A stretch of 54,270 nt of DNA from Ruminococcus sp. (lineage in GTDB: Bacteria > Bacillota > Clostridia > Oscillospirales > Ruminococcaceae), in contig JAGCHA010000116.1 of NCBI GenBank assembly GCA_017649325.1, forward strand, positions 1 through 54,270. The letters run 5' to 3'. The translations under genes were made by a program, and so were the position numbers. Below, in pieces: positions 39,017 through 48,847 of this stretch. The notes below the pieces were generated by a model. That model was not told the origin of the DNA. It worked only from the letters and a program-made list of their open reading frames with translations, and did not search any database. Numbering within the stretch: position 1 is the stretch's first letter; every line of letters starts with the position of its first letter.

Positions 39017-39453
39017 TGAAACTGACATTCAAAAAGCTCAGCGATAAGGCGGTAATACCGTCAAGGGCAACTGCGGGAAGCGCGGGTATGGACATCTGCG
39101 CCTGCCTCGACGTGCCCGTGACTCTCGCTCCGAATGAGATACGTATGATCCCCACGGGGCTGACTGCCGAGTCCGACTGTTCGGATGTGGCTATGCTCAT
39201 ATACCCGCGGTCGGGGCTCTCGACTAAGTACGGTGTTTCGCTCGCGAACTGCGTAGGAGTGGTCGACAGCGACTACCGCGGTGAGTGGTTTATCCCGCTC
39301 ATCAACCACGGAAGCAGGGACTTCACCGTCGAGCACGGCATGAGGATAGCTCAGCTTATTCCAACAAAGGTCATTTTTCCCGAGGTGGAGGTCAGCGAAT
39401 CCCTCACCGAGACAGAAAGAGGAAGCGGCGGCTTCGGCTCTTCGGGAATATAG
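39016..39453 (+). CDS. dut: dUTP diphosphatase
   Basis: AGMD, PRSG, GVVDSDYRGE, RIAQL, RGSGGFGSSG; ATG at 39016 overlaps the U32 stop. Confidence 0.96.
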   Translation: MKLTFKKLSDKAVIPSRATAGSAGMDICACLDVPVTLAPNEIRMIPTGLTAESDCSDVAMLIYPRSGLSTKYGVSLANCVGVVDSDYRGEWFIPLINHGSRDFTVEHGMRIAQLIPTKVIFPEVEVSESLTETERGSGGFGSSGI

Positions 39454-39493
39454 CATACAAACAAAAATGTAATACAAAAAAAGGAGAATCATT

Positions 39494-39763
39494 ATGAACA
39501 AGGTAATCTATATGTCATTCCTCGCAATAAGCGCTATCGTGCTCGGAGGCTTCTTAGGCGGTCTCGTCGACGGAGCGGCAGGACTCAGCTTCCTTTCCTA
39601 TGCCAAGACCTTCGCCTTTAACCCCGGTACCGTCGACCTCGGCATTTTCAGCTTCACCTTCGGTGTGAGCCTCAGTATCAATATCTCGCAGATACTGCTC
39701 ATTATCATCGCTATTGTCGTATACTACAACACTGCTCCCAAGCTTTTCACTCCCAAAAAATAA
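39494..39763 (+). CDS. Small membrane protein (DUF4321-like)
   Basis: AAGGAG RBS; hydrophobic; FLSY...VDLGIFSFTFG pattern; typical position upstream of mreB. Confidence 0.7.
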   Translation: MNKVIYMSFLAISAIVLGGFLGGLVDGAAGLSFLSYAKTFAFNPGTVDLGIFSFTFGVSLSINISQILLIIIAIVVYYNTAPKLFTPKK

Positions 39764-39913
39764 TTCACAGTTTTTGTGTCCGCCCGCATTTTATATGTGT
39801 CGGATTTTCTACAAATTTCCCGCAAGGATAAATTTCTCAGCGAAAATTGTTGTCTATTTGCGGGTTTGGTGATATAATAATAAAGATTGAGAAAAAGACA
39901 AAGGAGCTGCACA

Positions 39914-40930
39914 ATGTTTACTAAGGACATCGGAATTGACCTCGGTACCGCCAATACCCTCGTGTATATGCGCGGAAAAGGCATTATAATCAGAGAGCCT
40001 TCCGTGGTCGCTGTAAATACAAGAACGGATAAGACCCGCTATGTCGGCATGGAGGCTAAGGAGGTAATAGGTCGCACCCCCGGCTCTATCGTGGCTGTTC
40101 GCCCCCTCAAGGACGGCGTTATCGCTGACTTCGACATAGCTACAACTATGCTTCAGGAGTTCATAAAAAAGGCTCTCAAGGGTACTATCCTCACTAAGGC
40201 TAACGTCATAATCTGCATACCCTCGGGCGTTACCGCTGTCGAGCGGCGTGCTGTAAGAGAATCCTGCAAAAAGGCGGGCGCCAATAACGTACTCATAATC
40301 GAGGAGCCTATGGCTGCCGCTATAGGTGCGGGTCTGCCGACCAATGCCCCCGCCGGCAGCATGATAGTCGATATCGGCGGCGGTACAAGTGAGGTCGCAG
40401 TTATCGCGCTCGGCGGAATCGTGGCTTCACGCTCCATCCGCTGTGCGGGAGACGAGTTCGATACCGCTATCATCAACTACATCAAGAAGAAATATAACCT
40501 CCTCATCGGCGAGAGGACTGCCGAGAATATCAAGATAGAGATAGGCTCGGCTTTCCCCAGCGACAAGGAGGATACCATGGAGATAAAGGGCAGGAACCTC
40601 CTCAACGGTCTGCCCGAGAACGTGACTGTCAACTCCGCTGAGATTCGCGACGCCCTCGTCGAGCCGCTCGCTAAGGTAATCGATGCCATTAAGGCGACCC
40701 TTGAGGAGACTCCGCCCGAGCTCTCTGCGGATATCATCGACCACGGCATTACCCTCGCGGGAGGCGGCGCTCTCCTGCGCGGTCTCGATAAGCTCATCAA
40801 CCGCGAGACCAGTATGCCCGTTTATATCGCCGAGTACCCCCTCGACTGCGTCGCTGAGGGTACGGGCAAGATACTTGAAAATATCAGCGACTATCAGGAC
40901 GCGCTTACGGATAACGTCAAGTATTACTAA
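39914..40930 (+). CDS. mreB: Rod shape-determining protein MreB
   Basis: [48 protein letters not shown]. Confidence 0.97.
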   Translation: MFTKDIGIDLGTANTLVYMRGKGIIIREPSVVAVNTRTDKTRYVGMEAKEVIGRTPGSIVAVRPLKDGVIADFDIATTMLQEFIKKALKGTILTKANVIICIPSGVTAVERRAVRESCKKAGANNVLIIEEPMAAAIGAGLPTNAPAGSMIVDIGGGTSEVAVIALGGIVASRSIRCAGDEFDTAIINYIKKKYNLLIGERTAENIKIEIGSAFPSDKEDTMEIKGRNLLNGLPENVTVNSAEIRDALVEPLAKVIDAIKATLEETPPELSADIIDHGITLAGGGALLRGLDKLINRETSMPVYIAEYPLDCVAEGTGKILENISDYQDALTDNVKYY

Positions 40931-40941
40931 GGAGGCTCTCA

Positions 40942-41817
40942 ATGCGTGAATTTCTGAAGAGCACCAGATTCAAGGTGCTGCTTGGCTTCCTCGCATTCCT
41001 CGTGGGTATCATGATATACGCCGTTACTAAGGGCGGCTATTCGCTGTCGGGAGCTTCGTTCGTGCAGACCGCGACCAAGCCCTTCCGCTATGTCAGCAAC
41101 GGCATATCTATGAAAATGGAGCGCGTGACCGACAGAATAAGCCACGCCGATGCTTACTACGAGGAGAATATGCGCCTGAAAAAGCAGATAGGTGAGCTCA
41201 ACAAACAGCTCACCGACTATGATGACCTCAAAAAAGAGGTCGAGGAGCTCCGTAAGCTCGTGGTCATCAAGGAACAGCACCCCGATGAGGTCTTCTCTCA
41301 GCCCGCAGAGGTGCTCGGTTATATCACTAACGACCCGTTCAAGGGCTTCACGATAGACAAGGGCTCGTCAGACGGCATAATGCCTTACTGCCCTGTCATC
41401 ACTCCCGAAGGTGTCGTCGGCATCACTATCGAGGTGTCTGCTACGACATCTACCGTCCGCACGATACTCTCCCCCGACCTCTCGATCGCGGCGGTATGCT
41501 CGTCCACAAGCACTGACTTCGGTATCGTCGAGGGTACCGTGCTCACCGCCGAGAAGAGTACCACTAAGCTCACTCACCTCAGCCCCGACCATAAGCTCAA
41601 ACAGGGCGACCTCATCATCACATCGGGCAACAGCGGTCTCTTCCCTAAGGATATGGCGATAGGCACTGTCAGAAATACGGGCTTTGAGGCGAACGGGCTC
41701 TCAGCCTGCGCCGAGATAGAGCCCTGCGCCGATATCACACGCCTCAGCACAGTTTTCGTTATCCTCGACTTCACAGGCAAAAAGGAGGACGCAGATGCGG
41801 CTAAAGACACCCCGTGA
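40942..41817 (+). CDS. mreC: Rod shape-determining protein MreC
   Basis: N-terminal TM, coiled coil (EENMRLK), TIDKGSSDGI, ITSG...FPK; follows mreB. Confidence 0.93.
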   Translation: MREFLKSTRFKVLLGFLAFLVGIMIYAVTKGGYSLSGASFVQTATKPFRYVSNGISMKMERVTDRISHADAYYEENMRLKKQIGELNKQLTDYDDLKKEVEELRKLVVIKEQHPDEVFSQPAEVLGYITNDPFKGFTIDKGSSDGIMPYCPVITPEGVVGITIEVSATTSTVRTILSPDLSIAAVCSSTSTDFGIVEGTVLTAEKSTTKLTHLSPDHKLKQGDLIITSGNSGLFPKDMAIGTVRNTGFEANGLSACAEIEPCADITRLSTVFVILDFTGKKEDADAAKDTP

Positions 41818-42352
41818 GAAGCGTATCCTCTACACTAAAACTACTGTGCGCTGGATACTCTACTACTTTCTGATATTCGTATTTTTTACGATAATGACCT
41901 CGGGCACGTACACTAAGCCCATGCTGCTCGTGCCTGCTGCTATCTGCGTCGCTATCGGCAACGATGTCATGGCTGCCGCTGTGACGGGTGCCGTCTGCGG
42001 ATTCCTCACGGATATGGCGTGCGGCAGGCTCTTCGGATACAATGCCGTGCTGCTGACCGTTTTCTGCGTCGCGGCTTCGCTCATCTTCGAACTCTACCTG
42101 CGCAACAAATTCGTCAACTACCTCTGGATAACCGCCGTCGCTTCGTTTTTGCAGTGCTGGCTCGACTATAAGTTCTACTACGAGATATGGGACTATGAGA
42201 ACGTCAGCCGCATTTTTACCCACGTGAGCCTTAAAGTCTGGTTGTTCACAGTCATCGCGTCGGTCGTGGTATATGCGCTCTACAAGCTGATAAACCACTT
42301 CCTTATGCCAAAGGAACACCTCACTATCGAAGAGGTCATAAAAACTGCGTGA
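41795..42352 (+). CDS. mreD: Rod shape-determining protein MreD
   Basis: Polytopic; GAVCGFLTD...FGYNA; between mreC and the PBP gene. Confidence 0.88.
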   Translation: MRLKTPREKRILYTKTTVRWILYYFLIFVFFTIMTSGTYTKPMLLVPAAICVAIGNDVMAAAVTGAVCGFLTDMACGRLFGYNAVLLTVFCVAASLIFELYLRNKFVNYLWITAVASFLQCWLDYKFYYEIWDYENVSRIFTHVSLKVWLFTVIASVVVYALYKLINHFLMPKEHLTIEEVIKTA

Positions 42353-42390
42353 TGCAGAACGGGACGTCGTCATCTGCACGGTTTGAACGT

Positions 42391-42474
42391 GGGGACGGAC
42401 ACACGGGTGCGCCCCTATGGTCGTTTGCAGCAGATCTAATAGTATTTGGCGGGCGGATGATATCCGCCCCCTGC
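42391..42474 (-). repeat. Pair of REP-like palindromes in the mreD-PBP spacer
   Basis: Minus strand GCAGGGGGCGGATATCATCCGCCC and ATAGGGGCGCACCCGTGTGTCCGTCCCC, resembling degenerate GTAG-type REPs. Confidence 0.55.
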
Positions 42475-42529
42475 AATTTGTGCGGAATATGCCGCTTTCA
42501 CCGGAAACCGTTGTGTAAAGGAGCAAAAT

Positions 42530-44647
42530 GTGAAAAGTATTACCGATAACATCAAATCTATTATCATCGTCACCATAGTCGTTCTGCTCGGCACGTTTGC
42601 CTCCATGAGACTGATGAAGATACAGGTCGTCGGCAGTGAGAATATCGTCACCCACAAGACCTACGGAAGCGATGCGCTTACCTATGTGCGGGAGATAACT
42701 CCCACGCGAGGCGAGATCCTCGACTTCAACGGCAACGTCCTCGTCAAGAATACCACCCGCTGCGACCTCGTGCTCCAGAAGGCTTTCTTCCCCGAGGATA
42801 TCACCGAGGGCAACAGCTGCCTCCTCGAGATATACAAGGCTCTGCTTGAGCATGGCTATGAATTCGAGGATACACTCCCCATTACCAAGACCATGCCCTA
42901 TGAGTTCACCGAGGAGGACGTCGCGGAAATGGTAGAGTCCCTTAACCTCAACCCCTATGCGACTGCCGATAACTGCATCGACATGCTCATATCCGACTAT
43001 AAGATAGACGAGAGCTACTCTCCCGACGAGAAACGTATTATCGCGGGTATGCGCTATACTATGATGGACAAGGACTTCTCGTACAGCCTCGACCTCGTGC
43101 TCGCTAAGAATGTCGACCACCAGACCGTCGTTGATATGAAGGAGCTCGGTAACTTCTGCCGCGGTATCGAAGCCGTCGATGCCGCAGAGCGTGAGATAGT
43201 CCGCGGGGATATCCTCCCGCATGAGATAGGCGTTATCGGTCCTATCTACGCCGAGGAGTACGATGACCTCAAGGATAAGGGCTACGCCATGAACGATGAG
43301 GTCGGCAAGAGCGGCATCGAGCTCGCTATGGAAAAGGAGCTCCGCGGTAAGGCGGGCACCGAGGAAGTCACTGTCATCGACGGCGCTATCGTCGACGTCA
43401 AGACCCGCGAGGATACTGTCCCCGGAGAGAGCGTCAAGCTCACCGTGGACGGCGCTTATCAGCTGAAATTGCAGAGCATCCTCGACAACTTCCTCAAAAA
43501 CCGTCCCTACTACAACGGCAACAAGGTCAACAAGGGAGCACTTGTCGTACTCGATGCCAAAACGGGTGCGGTACGCGGAATGGCTACTGCTCCGACCTAT
43601 AACCTCAAGGATATGGTCGAGAACTATGAGAGCCTCGCAAAGGCAGAAAATTCCCCTATGTTCAACCGCTGTACGTGGGGTCAGTACCTCCCCGGCTCGA
43701 CCTTCAAGACCGTTACCGCTACGGCAGGTCTGAACGAGGGCGTTATCACGGGCGAATTGACCTTCAACTGCACCAGAAAATATGAGTTCTACGGCGGAGA
43801 GTTCCAGTGTACGGGCTATCACGGCGCTATCTCCGTCAGACGCGCCGTTGAGGTGTCGTGCAATATCTTCTTCTATGAAACCTCACGTAATCTCGGCATC
43901 GACAACATCACCAAGTACGCCAAGCTGTACGGGCTCGGAAGCAGTACGGGCATAGAAACGGGTGACGCCTCGGGCTTCCTCTGTAACCCCGAGACCTTCG
44001 CCGAGCGCGGTCAGCCGTGGTACATCGGATACGTTATCCAGGCGGGTATCGGCAACCAGGACTGCGGATTTACGCCGCTCCAGCTCGCAAATGTTGCCGC
44101 TACAATAGGCAACCGCGGCGTGCGCTATCAGCCCTACCTCGTGGACAGCCTCTACACCTACGGCTCGAATGAGCTCGTCAAGAAGACCAAGCCCACCGTT
44201 GCGGACAAGATAGACCTCAACTACGATTACGTTTACGACTACATCATCAGCGGTATGCAGGACGCCGCAAGAAACTGCCCTCCTCCGTATCAGCTCACCG
44301 ATCTCGGCTTCTCCGTCGCTATCAAGACAGGTACTCCGCAGACCGATATGAACGATAAGAATAAGCAGAACTCCGTTTTCATAGGCTTCGCTCCCGCCGA
44401 CGACCCTGAAATCGCCTTCGCGGGCGTCATCGAGGGCGGTGAATACTCGAAGTACATGATTCGCGATATCATCCTCTCGTATCAGCAGTGCTACGGGCTC
44501 AACGGCGTAAAGCCTACGGCGGAGCTCCCTGCGGAAGTCCGCAACGGTACTACGGCGGCGGCTAATGTGACTACCACGACTACAAGCAATAGCACTACCG
44601 TTACGACCACGACCGCAACAACTACTACGACAGCTGTACAGAACTAA
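42530..44647 (+). CDS. mrdA: Class B penicillin-binding protein (PBP2-like transpeptidase)
   Basis: RGEILD, GKSGIE, SxxK (PGSTFK), SxN (SCN), KTGT; Thr-rich tail; in the mre operon. Confidence 0.9.
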   Translation: MKSITDNIKSIIIVTIVVLLGTFASMRLMKIQVVGSENIVTHKTYGSDALTYVREITPTRGEILDFNGNVLVKNTTRCDLVLQKAFFPEDITEGNSCLLEIYKALLEHGYEFEDTLPITKTMPYEFTEEDVAEMVESLNLNPYATADNCIDMLISDYKIDESYSPDEKRIIAGMRYTMMDKDFSYSLDLVLAKNVDHQTVVDMKELGNFCRGIEAVDAAEREIVRGDILPHEIGVIGPIYAEEYDDLKDKGYAMNDEVGKSGIELAMEKELRGKAGTEEVTVIDGAIVDVKTREDTVPGESVKLTVDGAYQLKLQSILDNFLKNRPYYNGNKVNKGALVVLDAKTGAVRGMATAPTYNLKDMVENYESLAKAENSPMFNRCTWGQYLPGSTFKTVTATAGLNEGVITGELTFNCTRKYEFYGGEFQCTGYHGAISVRRAVEVSCNIFFYETSRNLGIDNITKYAKLYGLGSSTGIETGDASGFLCNPETFAERGQPWYIGYVIQAGIGNQDCGFTPLQLANVAATIGNRGVRYQPYLVDSLYTYGSNELVKKTKPTVADKIDLNYDYVYDYIISGMQDAARNCPPPYQLTDLGFSVAIKTGTPQTDMNDKNKQNSVFIGFAPADDPEIAFAGVIEGGEYSKYMIRDIILSYQQCYGLNGVKPTAELPAEVRNGTTAAANVTTTTTSNSTTVTTTTATTTTTAVQN

Positions 44648-44682
44648 AAAAAGACCGTTACCTTATAGGGTAACGGTCTTTT
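44648..44682. terminator. Bidirectional terminator
   Basis: AAAAGACCGTTACC...GGTAACGGTCTTTT. Confidence 0.85.
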
Positions 44683-44685
44683 CTG

Positions 44686-46023
44686 TTACAGATTGTAGTA
44701 TTCGCTTATCGTCTTGGTGCCGCCTGTGGATATGTATGAGTAGTAGCCCAGTACCATGGAGGCGTCCTTCGCGTCGATGAGGGCGTCGCCGTTGATGTTC
44801 GCTGCCTGCTTCTGCTCTGCGGATAAGCCGGAATCACTGCCCGTTGACGACTTCGAGTACGCTGCAAGTATGAACGATGAGTCCTTGGCGTCTATATTGC
44901 CGTCGCCGTTGGGGTCGCCGAGCTTCATGCCCTTTTCCTCGGGGGCTGTGGTCGCTGCGACCTTATTGTACGTTGCAAGTGCTACAGCGGGATAGTCCGT
45001 CTTGTTTTCAAGTGCGTTGTATGTCTTAACGATGAGGTCGCCGCCCTTGTCCTTAATGCCTATGGTGTCAATGACCTTTGCCGCTATCGCTACGTGTCCC
45101 GTCTGTGTGGGGTGGAAGTCCATCTCGGAGCGGTCTTTCTGCATATTAGTGAAGTACCAGCTGTACTTCGCGCCCGAATCGTCGAGAGAGGTAAAGTCTG
45201 TGTATACGTCTGCGATGAGCGCGCCGCCGAGGTCTGCTTCCATAAGCTGGTCGCGGAAGGACTCCGTAACCGAGGCGAATACAGGTCTGAGCATATTCAT
45301 GACCGTGCGGGAATTGCCTGTGTATGTTGCATCATAATAAGAAGCCTCAAACTGCGCGGGGTCGTATATTGTCTGATATACCACTGTTGCTTCGGGATTC
45401 AGCGCCTTGATATCGGCGTTTATCTTCTCAATGTTAGGGATTATTCTCTTTTCGATTGCACAATCATATGCGGGATAATCCGCCTTCTTGAATACCATAT
45501 TGCCGCGCAGCTTCTGAATATTAGAGTTCATCGGCACGGGATTCGCGCTCGCGTAGGTCTTCAGTGCCTCTCTGTCAACAAGGCGGTCAAGGTCCGCAAA
45601 GGTGGGCTTCTCGGGGATATCTGCCTTTGTGTAGCCGCTCTTCAGCACTCCGACATTCGCGCAGACTTTGAGCAGGTAATTCGATGCATATTGCAGCATA
45701 TCATTCCCGCCGACGGATACTATAACATAGTCTGCGTCCTTTATCGAGGCTTTCAGCTCTGCCGTGGGGGTTTCGAGCTTGGCGATGAGGTCAGTGGTTG
45801 CATCGCCCGATTTAGCGTAATTGTCGGTCTTGGCGCCGTAGTAATTGCCCACTATCTCGCCGTAGTTCTTCTCGCCCTCTGCAAGTCCGTAGCCCGATGC
45901 TATGCTGTCTCCGAGGACTACTATGTTACTGATATCTTCAGCAGCGGTGGCTGTTCCCGAAAACGGCAGAGCCGCCGACGCCGCTATTGCCGCAGTCATC
46001 ACTGCGGACAGTATTCTTTTCAT
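44686..46023 (-). CDS. Secreted SGNH/GDSL hydrolase with C-terminal dockerin
   Basis: Signal peptide; VLGDSI, SG, GGND, DFHP...GH blocks; dockerin GDPNGDGNIDAKDSS...ANINGDALIDAKDAS. Confidence 0.88.
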   Translation of the reverse strand: MKRILSAVMTAAIAASAALPFSGTATAAEDISNIVVLGDSIASGYGLAEGEKNYGEIVGNYYGAKTDNYAKSGDATTDLIAKLETPTAELKASIKDADYVIVSVGGNDMLQYASNYLLKVCANVGVLKSGYTKADIPEKPTFADLDRLVDREALKTYASANPVPMNSNIQKLRGNMVFKKADYPAYDCAIEKRIIPNIEKINADIKALNPEATVVYQTIYDPAQFEASYYDATYTGNSRTVMNMLRPVFASVTESFRDQLMEADLGGALIADVYTDFTSLDDSGAKYSWYFTNMQKDRSEMDFHPTQTGHVAIAAKVIDTIGIKDKGGDLIVKTYNALENKTDYPAVALATYNKVAATTAPEEKGMKLGDPNGDGNIDAKDSSFILAAYSKSSTGSDSGLSAEQKQAANINGDALIDAKDASMVLGYYSYISTGGTKTISEYYNL

Positions 46024-46160
46024 ATTTTTTCCTCCTGTTTCTTTCGGCGGAACAAGTCCGCTGTATTAAAATTATATACTAAATCAAAAAATAAGTCAAG
46101 TGCGACAGTGTGAAAATTGCTGGAAATCAAATGATAATAATGGCGGGCGGCAGGGCATTT

Positions 46161-46193
46161 TGTAGGGCGCGGGCGCACGGAATGCGCCGCTAC
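46161..46193 (-). repeat. GTAG-type REP-like palindrome
   Basis: Minus strand GTAGCGGCGCATTCCGTGCGCCCG. Confidence 0.45.
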
Positions 46194-46222
46194 TTGACAA
46201 GCTCACTTTTTTATGATATGAT
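46194..46222 (+). promoter_or_regulatory. sigmaA promoter for leader plus CNNM/CorB gene
   Basis: TTGACA-17 nt-TATGAT with extended TG. Confidence 0.75.
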
Positions 46223-46254
46223 ATTAAAAATCAGCTTCGGAGGTGAGAATCTTA

Positions 46255-46344
46255 ATGGACAGTACCCCTGACGGGTGTTATTACCGATATTCCTTTGTTA
46301 TATCCAATATCTCAAGGCATGGTCTGTTCCCATTCAGGTTATAG
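46255..46344 (+). CDS. Putative 29-aa leader peptide MDSTPDGCYYRYSFVISNISRHGLFPFRL
   Basis: Strong GGAGGTGA RBS; the ORF overlaps a terminator-like hairpin (46314-46356). Confidence 0.55.
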   Translation: MDSTPDGCYYRYSFVISNISRHGLFPFRL

Positions 46345-46396
46345 GCTATGCCTTTTCGTGCTTGTTTTTGACTACTGATAATAACGGAGGATAATT

Positions 46397-47722
46397 ATGT
46401 TAGGGCAGTTGATTCTGCAAATCGTGCTCATCGCTCTCAACGCTGTTTTCGCCTGCGCTGAGATCGCGGTGATATCTATAAACGACGCTAAGCTCGACAA
46501 GCTCGCCGCAAGCGGTAACAAAAAAGCGGTCAAGCTAAAAAAGCTCACAAGTCAGCCCGCTCGCTTCCTCGCGACTATACAAGTCGCGATAACCCTTTCG
46601 GGCTTCATCGGCGCAGCGTTCGCTGCCGATAATTTCTCGGAGCGTCTCACCGCTCTCATATTGAAAACGGGCATCGGTGTCCCTGAGAGTGTGCTGCGTA
46701 CAGTTTCGGTCATCGTGATAACGCTCCTGCTCGCGTACATTACGCTCGTTTTCAGCGAGCTCGTACCTAAGCGCCTCGCGATGAAAAACTCCGAGAAGCT
46801 CGCGCTCGGTATGGCGGGTATGATAAGCTTTACTCAGGTCCTGTTCGCTCCGCTGGTGTGGATGCTCAACATCTCCACCAACATAGTTCTCAGACTTTTC
46901 GGCGTCGACCCGAACAAGGAGGAGGACACCGTTACCGAGGAGGAAATATTGATGATGTCCGATGCGGGCGCCGAAAAAGGCACTATCGACGAGGACGAGA
47001 ACCGTATCATCAAAAACGTTTTCGCCTTCGATGACACTACCGCCGAACAGGTCTGCACACACCGCACCGACGTTTCCGTGCTCTGGAGCAGCGACCCCGT
47101 CGAAACGTGGGAGGAGACTATCCACCGCACACGCCACTCAGTCTTCCCGATATGCGGCGAGAGCGTGGACAACGTCATCGGTATCCTCAATGCCAAGGAC
47201 TATTTCCGCCTCGACGACAAGAGCCGCGATAATATCATGGCGAATGCCGTCCGTGAGCCTTATTTCGTCCACGAGGGTATGAAGGCGGACGCTCTCTTCG
47301 CTCAGATGAAGAAAAAAGGCGCCGACCACTTCGCTGTTGTCGTCGACGAATACGGCGGTATGACGGGTATCGTCACCGTTACCGACCTCGTTGAACAGCT
47401 CGTAGGTGAGTTCGACGACGACGAGACGGGCGAGTCTGAGGAAGAATTCGAGCAGATAGCCGACGACCAGTGGCTCATCCCCGGAATAATGCCGCTGTGC
47501 GAGGTCTGCGAGGAGCTCGGTATCACGCTGCCCGCCGACAAGTTCGATACCTTCGGCGGCTACGTCATCGCGGGGCTCGGTGAGATACCCAAGGACGGCT
47601 CCAAGACCTACCTCGAATGCGACGGGCTGCGTATCGATGTGCTCGAGATCCACCACCACCGCGTCGAGCTCTGCCGCGTGAAAAAGCTCCATTCCGAAGT
47701 CAGGGAGGAAGAGGATGAATAA
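46397..47722 (+). CDS. Hemolysin-family/CNNM (DUF21-CBS-CBS-CorC) Mg2+ transporter-like protein
   Basis: NAVFACAEIA, FLATIQVAIT, FSELVPKRLA, HSVFPI, VVDEYGG, FDTFGGYV. Confidence 0.92.
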   Translation: MLGQLILQIVLIALNAVFACAEIAVISINDAKLDKLAASGNKKAVKLKKLTSQPARFLATIQVAITLSGFIGAAFAADNFSERLTALILKTGIGVPESVLRTVSVIVITLLLAYITLVFSELVPKRLAMKNSEKLALGMAGMISFTQVLFAPLVWMLNISTNIVLRLFGVDPNKEEDTVTEEEILMMSDAGAEKGTIDEDENRIIKNVFAFDDTTAEQVCTHRTDVSVLWSSDPVETWEETIHRTRHSVFPICGESVDNVIGILNAKDYFRLDDKSRDNIMANAVREPYFVHEGMKADALFAQMKKKGADHFAVVVDEYGGMTGIVTVTDLVEQLVGEFDDDETGESEEEFEQIADDQWLIPGIMPLCEVCEELGITLPADKFDTFGGYVIAGLGEIPKDGSKTYLECDGLRIDVLEIHHHRVELCRVKKLHSEVREEEDE

Positions 47723-47825
47723 CAAGGGCTCTGCAACTTTGAACCCGAATGTCGCTTCCGCTCGCTCAGTCTGTAAAAGAGCTAAGTCTGCTTTCGGCGA
47801 CCGGCTATCGTGAGAATCCAATAAT

Positions 47826-47861
47826 AAAAGAACAGGGACGTATTTACGTCCCTGTTCTTTT
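47826..47861. terminator. Bidirectional terminator
   Basis: AAAAGAACAGGGACGT-attt-ACGTCCCTGTTCTTTT. Confidence 0.85.
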
Positions 47862-47862
47862 A

Positions 47863-48651
47863 TTATATCCATTTGGTTATGTCGGTCTCTCTGCCGCCTG
47901 CTGAGAGATATGAATAGAAGCCGAGAACGTACGATGCGTCCTTGCTGTCGACCTTTCCGTTAGCGTCAACGTCCGCAAGCTTGCGCTGCTCACTGTTCAG
48001 CTTCGATTTTCCCGACGAGGCTGCCGAATACTCTATGAGTATCGACGAGGCATCTCTGCCGTCGACCATTCCGTCAGAATTTACGTCGCCTGACCTCTTC
48101 GGCTTTTCTTTCTCCTTCGGTATGTATGCCTCTGAGTATTCAATGTATTTCAGAAATTCCTGCGACCAGTATATCGTGTTCCCCTTCTGTGTTACGCCTA
48201 CGCCGATGTACATGAACTCAGGGTCGAGGATATTGTTCCTATGCCCCTCGGAGTTCATCCACGCGGTCATTACGCGCTCGGGTGAGGTCTGTCCTGCTGC
48301 GATGTTCTCGCCGATGTAGTAGTAGTCGAGCCCGAACTCCTCTATAACACTGAAACATGACGCGCCGTTAGGACGGACATGGTCGAACTTCTGTGTTATC
48401 TCATCAGCACGCCGCTGTGCCGCGCTTTGCAGCTTGGGCAGTACACGCAGCGGTGCGAGTCCCCGCGCGCTGCGCTCCTTGTTCACGAGGACTGCTACCT
48501 CGTTGGCGTAGTCGGAGAGCTCGGAGGCAGAAAGGGTCATGGTCTGCTCGGTGAAGGTCGGCGCGCTGACGCTTGCGGCTTGTGCGCTGACACCCGTTAT
48601 TCCTACAGCCGCAATGACGGCTGCAGCAAATATGCTCAACATTTTTTTCAT
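47863..48651 (-). CDS. Secreted CAP/SCP-domain protein with C-terminal dockerin
   Basis: VNKERSARGLAPL, FDHVRP, GENIAAG, WMNSEGHRNNIL; dockerin GDVNSDGMVDGRDAS...ADVDANGKVDSKDAS. Confidence 0.9.
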   Translation of the reverse strand: MKKMLSIFAAAVIAAVGITGVSAQAASVSAPTFTEQTMTLSASELSDYANEVAVLVNKERSARGLAPLRVLPKLQSAAQRRADEITQKFDHVRPNGASCFSVIEEFGLDYYYIGENIAAGQTSPERVMTAWMNSEGHRNNILDPEFMYIGVGVTQKGNTIYWSQEFLKYIEYSEAYIPKEKEKPKRSGDVNSDGMVDGRDASSILIEYSAASSGKSKLNSEQRKLADVDANGKVDSKDASYVLGFYSYLSAGGRETDITKWI

Positions 48652-48795
48652 CGCGGCGACCTCCTTATACTACTTTCTTTGATAATACCACATTTCACGA
48701 TAAGTTGTCAACGAGAAGTGAGAAAATTGTAGAAATACACAATAATAGTTTGCCTGCATATACATTTATCACAAAGAAAAAGGAGTAATTTAGCA

Positions 48796-48828
48796 AAATA
48801 AAAGGGACTGTACATCGTACAGTCCCTT
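48796..48828 (-). terminator. Terminator after rplL
   Basis: AAGGGACTGTAC-gat-GTACAGTCCCTT followed by a T-rich tract on the minus strand. Confidence 0.8.
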
Positions 48829-48847
48829 GTAAGCGTAAGTAATTCGA

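Noticed and set aside
37031-43822. Long minus-strand ORFs (37031-38665, 41801-43822; likewise 9599-11053)
   Set aside because: They lie opposite well-supported genes and are expected from GC-rich codon bias.
47723-47825. Roughly 100-nt spacer after the CNNM gene as a possible ncRNA
   Set aside because: No convincing stem, family motif or second copy seen; left unannotated.
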